From: Schmidtea polychroa
Lineage: Eukaryota
Assembly: GCA_044892525.1 (NCBI GenBank)
Contig: CM097885.1
Coordinates: 15,128,001 to 15,192,000, forward strand
DNA length: 64,000 nt
Reading direction: 5' to 3'
Of the stretch, positions 27,077 to 39,568 are shown piece by piece. Every line of letters starts with the position of its first letter. The first letter of the stretch is position 1. The notes beneath the pieces were generated by a model. That model worked only from the letters and a program-made list of their open reading frames with translations, was not told the origin of the DNA and ran no database searches. The translations under genes were made by a program, and so were the position numbers.

Positions 27077-28183
27077 AAATATGTCGATAAGTCATTTTGG
27101 GTACTTGGTAGAAACAAGACTAATGGTATAGGCAACCCCTAGTTGCGTCAGTTGCGATGAGCACACCCAGGTACCCAACACAACCGAATTATAGAAACTT
27201 TAAGTAATGTCTATTGAGGAATATGATGCCCCCACTGCTATTGGGAAAGATGATGTTTTGAAAAATATTATACCAGCGGTTATTGAAGATGAATCTGATG
27301 CCCCAACTCTGGATGCTCCTATGCGGGATGCATTCTCTGAGGATGCCCTCTCTGAGGATGAAACAGATTCCGACATGGAATCACAATGTTAGTTTTTTAT
27401 TTTTATATATTTATTTTAAAAAGTTTATTATTTTCAAAGTACTTTTTCTATTATTATTATTTTTGATGAACATTTTCATAAGATTTTCATTAAGATTTTC
27501 ATTAGTATTTTCAGAAACACTTTATTTCCATAATTTCATTAACATCAGGAACACATGAATTTCAGGAACATTTTCATAGTTTCATTTAAATTTTCTTAGT
27601 TTCATTAACATTTTCATTATTCACGTGATAATTTAGGAAAATAATAATAATAGAAATATTACGTTAAATATAGTAATAATTAACTCANNNNNNNNNNNNN
27701 NNNNNNNNNNNNNNNNNNNNNNNNNNNNNNNNNNNNNNNNNNNNNNNNNNNNNNNNNNNNNNNNNNNNNNNNNNNNNNNNNNNNNNNNNNNNNNNNNNNN
27801 NNNNNNNNNNNNNNNNNNNNNNNNNNNNNNNNNNNNNNNNNNNNNNNNNNNNNNNNNNNNNNNNNNNNNNNNNNNNNNNNNNNNNNNNNNNNNNNNNNNN
27901 NNNNNNNNNNNNNNNNNNNNNNNNNNNNNNNNATATATTCTCTCTCATTATAATAATACAACAAATTATATAGATATTAAGTGTTAATAATTAATCCGTT
28001 TTATAATTATTATATAATAAAAACGGATTAACTACTAACAATTGGTAATAAATATTTAGATAAATATTCAAATAATATTTATATAATTATTTAAAGATTT
28101 ATCGTTATTAGGTCAATTATACCCACGTTACTGCCAGGCTTCTCGACATTCAAAATCTTATCATAAAATCATGAAAAAATATT

Positions 28184-28903
28184 ATGGCGATAAATTCTAT
28201 GGACTCAAATTTTATCTGTCCATTATGTCAGACTTCCCAACATATAAAATATTCCGAATTTTTTAAAACACATAGTAAACATCTTGATCAGTTTACTATA
28301 AAGAAACTTAAACTCTTTAATCAGATAAATAAAAATGTAAATAAAAACCAAAATAATAATGTGAATAGCACAGAACATATAAATAAAAATCTAAATAATA
28401 AACGGCCTGCTGTTTGTCAAGTGTCTTGTGTACCATCTAAAGTTATTAAAGTTAATGGTGGTGGTGATGAAATAAATAACGAAATAAATAAAGAAATCAA
28501 TAACCAAATGAATAACCAAATAGGTGGGTCAATATGCGGCTCGGTCGATACAGACGACGAACCAGAAATAGAAATAGATTTTAAGGGGGCTAGAAAAAAT
28601 CTAAGGTTTGACGTTGAGAAAAACAAGTTAGTCCAAATATCATTAACATCAAAAATTATAGAAAAGTTAATAGCTGAAATGGAAGGAATGGGGTCAGTTA
28701 AAATCCAGTCCACTGTTCTCGTACAATTTGAGAAAGATGGCGAATTAAAGGATAATTTTTTCTCCTATAATGCTGAAGTTTTTTCCGATAATTTTCTATT
28801 AGAGGGCATCACTAAGTTAAATAATAAAATTGAAAAGTTCTCATATTTAGGAAGCAAATGGCGGGTTGTTAAGATAAAAAAAAATTGTCTTTATAATAAA
28901 TAA
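28184..28903 (+). pseudogene. Second Polinton-like pPolB N-terminal fragment
   Basis: CPLCQ...YSEFFKTHSKHLDQF aligns with 16796-17002; VQFEKDGEL...EGITKLNNKIEK...GSKWRVVKI aligns with VEFIKDDEL...EGIARLNEKIIK...GSNWTINKI of 15484-16284. Confidence 0.65.
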
Positions 28904-29594
28904 ACGAATCAGAACTGGATAATCCTGGTCAGATATTCAAATATGAAGACATTGGCCCAATTTTTGGTGGCTTGAGTCCTGATTTTGACGAGGAATCAGA
29001 AAATGACATTTACGTTCGTGAAATCGGAATCGATATTGACAATGTTATTTTATTTTTGATCTGTTATTTAATATATTTTTTAAAAAATGATTTATTTGAT
29101 ATTGATTTATAAAAACTTTTTATAGAAAACTGGTTATAGTTTTCACAGTTCTTACAACTGTTAAACGCTTGTATAAATGTATTTATAAAAATTTGATTAT
29201 TCCAAATGTTAACTTTTGTAAGAATTTTGGTAGAAATTTTATTATTATATTTTTATTGCAGTGGACACGCAACATTATTTATCGGTTGATAGTATTTTTA
29301 TTTTATTTAAAACTCTAAAGGTAATTTNNNNNNNNNNNNNNNNNNNNNNNNNNNNNNNNNNNNNNNNNNNNNNNNNNNNNNNNNNNNNNNNNNNNNNNNN
29401 NNNNNNNNNNNNNNNNNNNNNNNNNNNNNNNNNNNNNNNNNNNNNNNNNNNNNNNNNNNNNNNNNNNNNNNNNNNNNNNNNNNNNNNNNNTCAACAAGCG
29501 GTTACTAGTTACTAAGGGATGATAGTCCAAAACAGAATGACCTTACAACATATCCTGCGGACCGCTGACCAAAAACCCACACGACTATTTCCAC

Positions 29595-29728
29595 AACATG
29601 ACACCCATGATTTGCATCATGTCGGTACTGTACCATGCCGGCGAGCTACGGTGAAGCAGGTGAGCCCCTGCTTTAGGACTACTCCTTCACCCTAACTCGA
29701 CTTTTCGACTGCCAATAGAAGGACTTAC
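29595..29728 (-). ncRNA. Conserved two-hairpin cis RNA motif, copy B
   Basis: GTGAAG/CTTCAC outer stem with ACCTG bulge; second hairpin with AGTACCGA bulge and CATGAT-GCAA-ATCATG. Confidence 0.65.
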
Positions 29729-30151
29729 GTCTTTTCTACTATTCGAGATGCTGGTCAAGATCACGTGACTCCATTATCCATTACTACTTCATCACCACAA
29801 CTCTTCACTCACTTCGACATTACAGAACCGAATACAACACAAAAATCAACAGAACTCCCTTACCACTTGACTCAACATTTATTTGACGAAATACCTTTAT
29901 GACACCGATTATTACCGCCTATTGGGGTAGTTTTACACAACCTTCCTATTATTAGAAAATCAAAAAAAAATCAGACGACAGAAAGGCTACTCATTCAATC
30001 ACAATATCAAGATGTTTATACAAATATTACAAAGTCTATGGGGAAGTCCCAGCGAAAATCATGTCGAGATCAAAGAAATCTCTCGCGTCTTCTTCCCAGG
30101 TAGTGCTAGAGGTGGGCACTACTCGAAACGTAGGCGGTGATCGGACTGCTA

Positions 30152-30796
30152 CTATCGCTGGCAATGTCTGGAGTTTCTGCGTAGCTTCGGCGACCAGTTT
30201 CGCCTCCCGCTCGGCTTGAAGTAATTTTCGTCTTTCGTCCGTTCGGCTCGGGTTGGTTGCCGTCTTTTTGAAGTGTTCGGTGATACCAGGAGAGTGACCG
30301 CTTCCGGTACGACGACTGGCCTCGGAGGGGCTTGGTTGATGCCGGTGATATTGACGTCCGATTGTACGGATGGTAATAGGGTGTCTACACAACTAGTGCA
30401 AGCCTTGCTTGTTGATCGAATCGGGCTTGTTGAGCGATGATGATGAGGGAAAACATTGTCTTCTTCCGATATCGGTATATTAGCGATCGTCTTAGTAATA
30501 GTCGCTTGCACGTAAACCTTGTGCAGGGCCTCTGATTGTTCCTTGATTAATAACCGTAACGAGCGACTCTCTTCGATCATACTATCGCGGTAGTGTTCGG
30601 CCCGCGCCAGTTTCAATGGTACCTCTTTCATTTGCGCAGGTGAAAAGTAGGTACCCTCTAGATGGTCCGATTTATTTTTTAGCAATCCTATCTGAGTCTG
30701 CAGGGTCTTAATGATGGCATTCTTATCAGCGCACGAGAAACATGGCCGAAGAATAGTTGTAGCTTTTGGAGTTTTCGACATGTCTAAAATAACCAA
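30152..30796 (-). CDS. CxxC/coiled-coil LTR ORF, copy B (214 aa, intact)
   Basis: RPCFSCADKN, EGTYFSPAQMKE, EHYRDS, CTSC, KRRQPTRAE; overlapping ORF 30036-30392 ends TWEEDARDFFDLDMIFAG. Confidence 0.7.
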   Translation of the reverse strand: MVILDMSKTPKATTILRPCFSCADKNAIIKTLQTQIGLLKNKSDHLEGTYFSPAQMKEVPLKLARAEHYRDSMIEESRSLRLLIKEQSEALHKVYVQATITKTIANIPISEEDNVFPHHHRSTSPIRSTSKACTSCVDTLLPSVQSDVNITGINQAPPRPVVVPEAVTLLVSPNTSKRRQPTRAERTKDENYFKPSGRRNWSPKLRRNSRHCQR

Positions 30797-33525
30797 GTAA
30801 AGACAGTAAAATCATGCAACATAATGGCAGGCGTAGTAATAATTTATAGTACGCAATCATATCTCATGGTCGTCGACGGCAGTTAGGAGAATAAAGAAAG
30901 TATCAACTTCGCCTCATACCTTCGCGTCGGAGAGGTCTCCCATTTTTGACGATGCCAGCCCGTAGGCTCGTTAACTCAAAACAGAATTATTTTGTCTCAG
31001 TTATTGATTTAATTCCCTAGTTTGTAAGGTATTTACCCGAGTTGAGTTGTGGTTCCCTGCATAAAATATCTAAATTATTTAATTACTTATCAAACCCCAA
31101 CCATTTACTTAAATTATCCGATATAATGCATTCATTGGATAACATACTCGATGACTTATCGGAATTATTCGTTCGTAGAAAAAGCATCCCAATGAAATTA
31201 TATTACTCGATTTTTGGAATAAATCAAAACCTACTAGAGGAGAATAATTGTATACTACCCACCCTTTGCGATTATCCCATGTGATAACTTAAGTCGGGCA
31301 TTATCCAAATAGATAAATGAATTCCATAACATCAACTCTCCTCTTATTATTTGTCATTAAGGTCATTAGCTATACCATTAGGATGATGTTTATATCTATA
31401 GTCAGGACTATTAATTATTATTATCATTATCACGATTGGCATACCATTATAACCCTGATTGCTGCCCTCATTATAAATATCATCACCATTACAGTTGTTA
31501 CTATCATGATTATTGCCCTTATTATCCTCACTACAATCTTTATGGCTATTATTATTAGTATTGTCATTAACATTATAATTGTTATTGTGAGCATCACTAT
31601 AGCCATGGTCTCCGGCTTTATTGTTATCCTTTTATTTCATGGTTATTCTAATTGTTATCATAATAATTAACATATTCGCTTAATCTTTATCCAAAATATG
31701 ATTATTAATGATTTAGCTTGAGAATTGCCGATTGAGAACTAGTCACCAGTACTATGATTAAATTCTCGCCTATCTATCTACATGTTAGAAAAATCGAAAA
31801 AGTCGCACACTTTACTACCCATCGGATTTGACTCATACTGTAGTAATGCCGTTATCTGCGAATCATATGCAGTGATTATGTCATCTAGGCACCGCATGCC
31901 GTTTACCCACGATCTCACCTATTACGAAATTGGAAACCTGGCAGTTTTCGAATTTTACAGAGTGAGTTGTGATAAGAGTAGATTAGGTGCTGTGTATGTT
32001 ACCGTTCTGTCTCAGCAGCGGTGTTACCTAGTGTCGTGAGTAGTGGTTATCTGCAATTCGATTTCGATGCGGCTGGGCATGGTTGGTGATCGGAGTCTAT
32101 TCATTATCATATTCCAGATGTCGCGTCAACTGCCAAGACTTTATCATACAGAAAATGAGTTCAATGTCCATTCTTCATTTCACTACGAACGCACTCGTCT
32201 AGATCTCATTTTCCAGAAAACTGCTAATCGGATGGGATTCTATATCACGAAGAGATCAAATGAGCGGTGGATATGACAATTTCAAGAAAAGACTTTCGAA
32301 ATCGAATTCACATGGCATTTTAATTTTTCCGATGAAGATTCACTACACCTGGAGGCGAAGCCTGATACAGTGAGATTTAGTACTGCGCCTTTAACATTGA
32401 AAATTCATTTCTAGATGAAGAATGGACATTGAACTACGGGCTCCCTCAGTCATTGCGAGTACTTTCGTTCTCTTAGTAAGAAAGTTATAGTTTCATTTTA
32501 CTATGGTAATTTGAAAAAAATCTCTCTTTCAGATAAAGTTACAGTTCACATCCTGTGGCGACAGATCAGTGGAGAAACCCCCACAAGATGACCCGATCCC
32601 AACCACTACGACGCTGAAATATCGTCTGACCTTCTGGCAAGAAGAACAACAAGTGTCTCTCGAGCTGTGGCCTGCCGAACCCCAGTGTCGTGGAATATAA
32701 AAATCATAATCTCATTGTATCTTCAATAAACTGTTTCTAAGAATAGATCAGTCTAGCTCATATTCAATCATTTTAAGTTCACCCATAAATCGAATTGACG
32801 GTTTAATATATCTACACTTAGGAAATAAAATAAATAATCGCAAATCATTTATTTATGAAATCATTACTTTGCTTATGCATTTACTTAGAAAATTCAACAA
32901 AATATGAACCGGTAATTTAACAGAAAGGGAAGCTAACCATTACAAATTTTCAAAATAATTTACATATATGAATAAAAAAAATCATATAAATAGAAGTTTA
33001 CTTTCTGCTTGAAATCCGGATTTGTAATAGAATGATTCATTTCTCGCAAAATCTGTTTACACTGTTGAGTCCTCGAGTGGCTTGTCGGCTGTATGAATTA
33101 TTAAAATGTCCCTAGTGATAGTTGAATGTAGATTGTCGTAACTAAGTTTGTTGATTTTTAACATTGAAATTTTTATTTCGATGTTGTCCTTATATAGTCG
33201 GTTGTGAAATGCGCGGGCCAATCAGAATTGAGGCGCCGTTAATTTATTTAATTTAATTTAAATTCTATGTTTTGTGTTAGTTTTCATAGTTTTCCTTATT
33301 TTTTCTTATACTTTTATTTATTTTCTTAATTTTTCTATTAAATGCCTAATTTTGATGTTGTTTTCTTAGTTTGATCGGCTTTTCTATCTTGATTTTTTAT
33401 TTTTATTTTTTGTTTTAATTCTTTTATGTTTTTTTTATATTGCTGCACCTTTATTGTGTTTTCTAATTTTTCTTATTTATTCTATCTAATTTTATTTCAG
33501 CCCAACAATAATAATAATAATGATA

Positions 33526-33560
<35 letters not shown>

Positions 33561-33991
33561 CATAATATCATTGTGAGAAGTGATCAGTACCCTTGCTTGA
33601 AAATATCTTTGAAAATAATAATAATATCATTGTGAGCAGTACCCTTGTGACTTGTTGAGCTTGACCAGTACCCTTGTGAGCAATATCCATAGGGGGACAG
33701 AATATTTTGTCGGATAAACTCGCAGTATATGTTACAGTGAATTTGTATTACCAGTGAGAATATGTTTTCACTGGTGAAAATATATTTTCGCTAAGCCGGT
33801 CAGTGAATGTATATTTAACAATGAAGATACAAATTCGCCGGTTACATTTAGTGTGTTCGTATTCATTGACAAGCCGCGTGGAAATATTTGGCCCTAAGTG
33901 TCGATGTGCCGCCCTACCAACTGTCAATTTTATTCGCTTCGTCGCATGGGGATAAGGATCGGAGCCAAGATGGGATCCAATGGACCATTTG

Positions 33992-34432
33992 TCATAGACC
34001 TAGAGCCTGAGAGAACCGGGGCGAGAATGGGTGGCAATTGTGAGCCATGCCCCTTGCAGCTGGTCGTTGATGAGGCTTCAGGCGACTGATGATGTATCGG
34101 GAACACATTAGTCCCGTCTTGGATGGGATATTCTCGAACTCTTTTGGCGATTTCGGTGTCCTGTAGATCTTGTGTAGGGCCTCGGATTGGGCTTTTATCG
34201 TTAGTCTCTGGCACCTACTTTCTTCCAGGAGACTGTCACGGCAGTGCTCCAATCGTAGAATTTTACTCTTCTCCTCTTTCATTTGTGGCCGGGAGAACCA
34301 CGTCCCTTCATACAAGTCGATGCGCTTTTTTAGTGCCCCAATATAGAGATGAAGTTGCGCTATGTCTGCGTTTTTGTCTGCGCAGGAGAAACACGGGCGA
34401 AGGTCTTTGTTGGAATTGGTTGAAGTAGACAT
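33992..34432 (-). pseudogene. CxxC/coiled-coil LTR ORF, copy C (frameshifted C-terminus)
   Basis: RPCFSCADKN...EGTWFSRPQMKE...LEHCRDSLLEESRCQRLTIKAQSEALHKIY. Confidence 0.8.
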
Positions 34433-35102
34433 CTAAAGATCAAGTCGTTTGAGCGTCATTTATAATTTCGAGTGCGAGTTTTATAATATTATCAATCCTT
34501 CTACTTGGTAATGACCCACAAAATCCATATCGCTCGTCAACATTCATGCCCATTCATCCTCTAGCATTCAAGTTGATCCACTCAATTCATTTACTACGAC
34601 TTCCACTTTAGGTTTAATTTTCGGATTTGACCATTTCCGTCTAATGTACTTATATTAATTTATTACGGTTGGTTCTATCATCTTTATTTTTCATCTCTTA
34701 TTAATTATATTTTATTCCTCTTATATTTTATTCCTTTATTAGATTATGTGTGCGTTGTATTAAAAAAGAGTAGTTCAGTGTTACTGGTGTCTCTTGGTGC
34801 TGCATTAAGCCTGAACAAATTTATAAAAGAATCGAAATGTATTAATTTAAATTTTTATTATAAATTAAAATTTGATTATTTTAAATCGTGCGCCGTAAAT
34901 GTCGTCATGGCGACGCCTAGCTGCGTGCCGTTGTGTTAGTAAAAAAAAAAAAAAAAAAATCAAATTTTATTTTAATCAATTGACGGCACTTGGCTAGGAA
35001 GGGGAGAACTTCTCACCCTTAGAGTTCTGTAGCTTTTAATTCAATGACCGATGGATACCAGAGTTATAAACTCAGGTATCAGAACGTGGGTTTCCAAATG
35101 GG

Positions 35103-35204
35103 TTGGAGTAATTGGAGCAGTTGGAGTAATTGTAGCAATTGGAGTAATTGTAGCAGTTGTAGCAGTTGGAGCAATTGGAGTAATTGGAGCAGTTGGAGTT
35201 GGAG
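35103..35204. repeat. 9-bp degenerate tandem repeat (TTGGAGTAA/TTGGAGCAG), about 11 units
   Basis: Direct reading; minus strand would encode Pro/Thr-rich PTAPITPIA repeats. Confidence 0.9.
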
Positions 35205-36197
35205 ATCGTCATTTAGTTGGGAGAAAGATGGTGTCAGAGTTATGGATTCTGCAATAGTGGTAACATTATCTTGGTAGAGTTTTGGGAAGTCATCATCGTA
35301 GGAGTTTTCAGTAGTTTAAAGATTTGGTGCAGGTGTTCAGAATTTAGAGGTTTGGATTGGTCTTGATAGGTGGAGGTGATCGATATTGCACGATTATTGA
35401 TGTTGGTGTATATTTCACTGTTTGGATTGATTGTAGTAGTTGGAGTAAATGGAGCAGTTGGGGAGGTCCGCCATTTGAGAGGAATACCGGATCGTACATG
35501 ATAATATCTGAAATAAATAAATGTCGGGGCAGGAAGGCTCCCTTGCAAGGTTTATATATCGCATATTATATTACTTATTATAGTATATATTGGAAGGAGT
35601 TGGTGAAGGTTGGGATAAGTATGGTAGTGATTATAGTAGTGATAGTATAATAAAGATCATTATAGTATTGATAAGAACAACTAAAAAGACCACCAAATAG
35701 GCAGAACCCCTACAAGGATTCCTACATTAACCCATTCGGTGATTGGCACACGCAGTACATTATTAATNNNNNNNNNNNNNNNNNNNNNNNNNNNNNNNNN
35801 NNNNNNNNNNNNNNNNNNNNNNNNNNNNNNNNNNNNNNNNNNNNNNNNNNNNNNNNNNNNNNNNNNNNNNNNNNNNNNNNNNNNNNNNNNNNNNNNNNNN
35901 NNNNNNNNNNNNNNNNNNNNNNNNNNNNNNNNNNNNNNNNNNNNNNNNNNNNNNNNNNNNNNNNNNNNNNNNNNNNNNNNATTAGCAATAACAATAATAA
36001 TATTATATTAAATACATTAAGAATAATAATATTACACCATTAGGAATTATGGTCATTAAGTTAATTTAGAGAGTTTAGATATTTATATAGTTGATTAGTA
36101 ATAGTAAATAATATAGATAATAGCCATAGTACACAAATAAAATAGGATAATGCTCTGAGTATATATTATATATCAATATCTGGGTTTCAAGATTGGT

Positions 36198-38798
36198 TTA
36201 CCAAGAGACAAAGAAAATTGTAGAGGGGTGATATATAATAACCATAGAATACAAATAAATAAAAGATGCTTTGGCTACAAAAAGATAAATATATAAGTAT
36301 AATTTATTTTTATAAATATGTTGACGATATATGTGGTAGCTGCTATTGATTGCAGCTACGCAAGCTTTTTTGGCTAGTTCCTTTATTTCATTATTGGATA
36401 GGCCGATAATTTTAAGTATCGAGTCATTATTTTTGTCCCATGAACCAAGGGTGCCAACTACCAGGGCATGTAGAGTGTGTGGGCATTTATGGAGTCTACC
36501 TATTTCCTCTCCTAGTTCCTTAAATTTGTAATAGTTATTTCTCCTAGAGTTGTCGTAGTTTTCTCTGGTGTCGAAAGGAACCTTAATGTCTAAGATATGG
36601 ATAGATTTGTTACGCTTAGATTTTAGAAGAAGATCGGGCTTAAGGGTGGAATTGGTACCTTCAGGTACTTTCTCTATGTCTACTTCATAGTTAATAGATA
36701 TAAGGAAGTTTGCCACAGTTTCTAGGACAATATCATGCTTATTTCGTCTTGCATTAATACGTGCTTGGCAATGATTAAAGATGTGTGCAGGTGTTTCTGG
36801 GTGGGCATGGCAGTGCCGGCAGAGTATAGATTTATTAGTCTTTAGGCGGTGTGGTGAGTAGTTCAGTTTTAGAAGGTTGTTGCGTGCGCGAATAAGAAAG
36901 AGGAATTGGGCATCAGGAAGGATGTCACTTTTAAAGAAATAGTCGGCGATGTTGCTTTCGCTAATTGCCTTTGCCATATAGCCCTGGCATTTCATCGCAC
37001 ACCAACGTTCAGCATGAATAAGGCCAATAATAGAGTGTAGTTCAGCTGAGGTTCTATCCACATTAACGAGGGAGAAGTAATTGATACGACTCTTATATTT
37101 TATTTCAAGCTGTAGAAGGTCCTCAAGCATTACAATTTTGGTAGATATACCGTAGTTATGAAGCAGACGGCGGGCGGATTTTTTAAATTTTGAGAAGATG
37201 GAGAAAGTTGGGTAGCTTTTAGAGAGTTGGCCATTCAGCCAGGACAGTGCCACATTTAAATCTCCTTGTCCCCTAGCCTCGATAAGTTCAGCAGTAATGA
37301 GAGTCTTAAAGTTAAGATCGCTAGAGTTTAAAGCCCTGATAAGTTGTACGATGCTTTGAATAAGGTATTCGTCAATGGATGATACAAGTCCAAGACCACC
37401 AAGCTTGCAAGCTGCATATAAGAAGTTGTCGTTCAGCTGCATTATCCTATCGCCAATGGATCTTTTAATACCCTGTTTTATTTGCAGGTCGAATCCATAT
37501 TGTTGTATTTCAGAGTTACGAAGGATGTTGCGCGGAGAGTCAAGGATGTTGTGGTTAATGACACAATTTCTAAAAGTAAAGTTCAAGCGGGAGTGGATGA
37601 ATACTTTAAAGGCATTAATTTTTTGCGAAGGATGTAGATGAGAGTTGAGAATTTTGTTTGTGTCTATAATAGCGGAGTCTAGTCTTTCTTTGATACAGTG
37701 TTTAGTTTTATGGGAGAAGTCAACCCCAAGATATCTGTACATATTAGAGTCGTCAATTTTTGGAAGGGTTTCGCCATAGAGTAGAATAGGTTGGTAGTTG
37801 CAGTCGTGATCAACATGAAAGTATCCGGATTTCGAGGGTTTAAAGCGTAGGTTGACCTTTGTTGCAAGGGAGACAGTGAGAGATAGGGCCGACTTGATAT
37901 TGGAGTAGGAATCAGATATAAGCACTATATCATCGGCATACGCAAGAATTCTAATGTTGTGATTATGAAAGAGAAACGGGTGAGTTTGTAAGACATTGCG
38001 GAGTATGAAGTCAATGGATAGACAGAACAGAGTCATGGACAAGGGGCAGCCTTGTTTCACACCTTTATAAATTGGTGTATAATCAGATTTTTCTCCCTCA
38101 CATTCAAAGTAAGTTTGTACATTGTTGTACATGTCCTGAAGAAGAGCAATAGTGGTGTTGTGAAGACCCATCTCTGAGAGAGTGTACCAGATGAGTTCAT
38201 GTGGAATAGATCCGAAGGCATCCGCTATATCTAGCCAAATGATATGTAGGTCGTTTTTCTTGCGATAGGAAGAGTCTTTTATGAGATGGAGGATAAGATT
38301 GTGTTCAGCACATCCATCCGGTGCGCAGATAGCTTTTTGGTTAGGTGTTAGGAGATTTCCGTTACTGATCCATTCAAGAAGACGGTTATTCATTAGTGAG
38401 GCAAATATCCTATAGGCAGTGTTCATAATTGAGATCGGTCTCCAGGAGTTAGCCTCGTGGCTTATTTCAGCTTTACCAGATTTAAGAATGAGTCGGGTAC
38501 GAAAGGATTTCCAGCATACTGGAGATCTGGAATTACGAAGGATGTTGTTACATAAGGCAAGGATGAGCTCAAAGTTAGGAGATATCTTTCTCCAATCGCT
38601 AAGAGATATTTTATCAGTACCAGGGGCAGTATTGTCGAGTTGGCAGAAGGTGCTTTTAATGTCATCAGTGTCAAAGGGAGTGATGGTGAAGGATTCAGAG
38701 AGTGTTGGGTACTGATAGTTAAGGTCAAAGGTGCAATCAGAGGTTTTGCTAGCGAAGAGTTTTAGGATACTATCCATATTTGGTGTGTGAGTTTTCAC
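36198..38798 (-). CDS. Reverse transcriptase + restriction-like endonuclease
   Basis: WRPISI, GCAEHN, GVKQGCPLS, LAYADD, YLG; CRHC...HIFNHC zinc knuckle; KPDL...ILDIKVPF. Confidence 0.95.
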   Translation of the reverse strand: MKTHTPNMDSILKLFASKTSDCTFDLNYQYPTLSESFTITPFDTDDIKSTFCQLDNTAPGTDKISLSDWRKISPNFELILALCNNILRNSRSPVCWKSFRTRLILKSGKAEISHEANSWRPISIMNTAYRIFASLMNNRLLEWISNGNLLTPNQKAICAPDGCAEHNLILHLIKDSSYRKKNDLHIIWLDIADAFGSIPHELIWYTLSEMGLHNTTIALLQDMYNNVQTYFECEGEKSDYTPIYKGVKQGCPLSMTLFCLSIDFILRNVLQTHPFLFHNHNIRILAYADDIVLISDSYSNIKSALSLTVSLATKVNLRFKPSKSGYFHVDHDCNYQPILLYGETLPKIDDSNMYRYLGVDFSHKTKHCIKERLDSAIIDTNKILNSHLHPSQKINAFKVFIHSRLNFTFRNCVINHNILDSPRNILRNSEIQQYGFDLQIKQGIKRSIGDRIMQLNDNFLYAACKLGGLGLVSSIDEYLIQSIVQLIRALNSSDLNFKTLITAELIEARGQGDLNVALSWLNGQLSKSYPTFSIFSKFKKSARRLLHNYGISTKIVMLEDLLQLEIKYKSRINYFSLVNVDRTSAELHSIIGLIHAERWCAMKCQGYMAKAISESNIADYFFKSDILPDAQFLFLIRARNNLLKLNYSPHRLKTNKSILCRHCHAHPETPAHIFNHCQARINARRNKHDIVLETVANFLISINYEVDIEKVPEGTNSTLKPDLLLKSKRNKSIHILDIKVPFDTRENYDNSRRNNYYKFKELGEEIGRLHKCPHTLHALVVGTLGSWDKNNDSILKIIGLSNNEIKELAKKACVAAINSSYHIYRQHIYKNKLYLYIYLFVAKASFIYLYSMVIIYHPSTIFFVSW

Positions 38799-38806
38799 TT
38801 CATTAT

Positions 38807-39568
38807 TTAAATTTTGGAGATTTCCTCTTTAGGGGCAAATTTATATTTTTGTCTCTTGGTAAAGACCAGTTCTTTACTAACCTTATAATTTTTATGAATT
38901 ATGTCCGCTGCTTTCTTTGTGATGTATTTATGAGGATTAATGCTTCCATTAATTCTCTCAATCTCACTTAAAGCAGCATCGCACTCTATTAGATTATTGT
39001 TAAGATTAATAATTAGACAATTGATAAATGGTCGGAATCTCCGCACATCATCAATTGGCAGTTTGCAATAATTATAATTATTTATAGTAGTTTTAATATT
39101 ATTTATCATATTGGGTATATTAGGACAAGTTAATTTTTCACGTTTAATAAGGCATTCGATAAAGTGACATATATAGAAGGCAGAGTCAGTAGGTATGAAG
39201 CAGCGAGGGTAATCGGGGTTTTGAAGTTCAATTTTGACAGGGCTAACAATTTTTTGGAGATCAAGAATGGTTTCGAGAATATTTTGAGCTAGAAAGAGGT
39301 GAGTAGAAAGGCCATCATCCAGAAGCGGGTCAATGAGGACGGCAAGTCTACGGTGTTTGTCGAGTAGAAAAAAGAACCAGTTGTCCTTACCATCAGACAT
39401 GGGCATGATAATCTCATTCCATTGAGCAAATTCAGAGAATGGAAAGGTGGCAAAGAAAGTTACATAGTTATGCTGGATAAGTGCATTTCCTATGAAAGGG
39501 TCCACAAAGATAGAGGAGTTTTTCAAGGCATTTGAAAAGATGTATGCCTTGATTGCGTGTTGGGACCA
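38807..39568 (-). pseudogene. Ulp1-like cysteine protease domain with altered catalytic residues
   Basis: WSQHAIKAYI...IIMPM..DNWFFFLLD...VLIDPL...PTDSAFYICHF follows the Ulp1 layout; His>Asn, Cys>Ser. Confidence 0.6.

Larger units (their letters stand above)
20487..27180 (+). mobile_element. Giant LTR-like unit A (about 4.5 kb plus hAT insertion)
   Basis: Starts TGTTGGGC, ends CCCAACA; A-rich U3, CTGATTGG 20909, TATATAAG 20928, CxxC ORF, RNA motif 26938-27076; flanks GATT/CAAC do not form a TSD. Confidence 0.75.
29491..33507 (-). mobile_element. Giant LTR-like unit B (3' end hidden in gap)
   Basis: Minus-strand start TGTTGGGC at 33507; CCAATCAG 33218, CTTATATA 33189; ORF 30152-30796; RNA motif 29595-29728; expected terminus falls at the gap edge (about 29490). 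Confidence 0.75.

Noticed and set aside
38798-38815. Programmed -1 frameshift between the Ulp1-like and RT ORFs
   Set aside because: The X XXY YYZ-like run is not in the required frame; a one-base loss in an A-run explains it more simply
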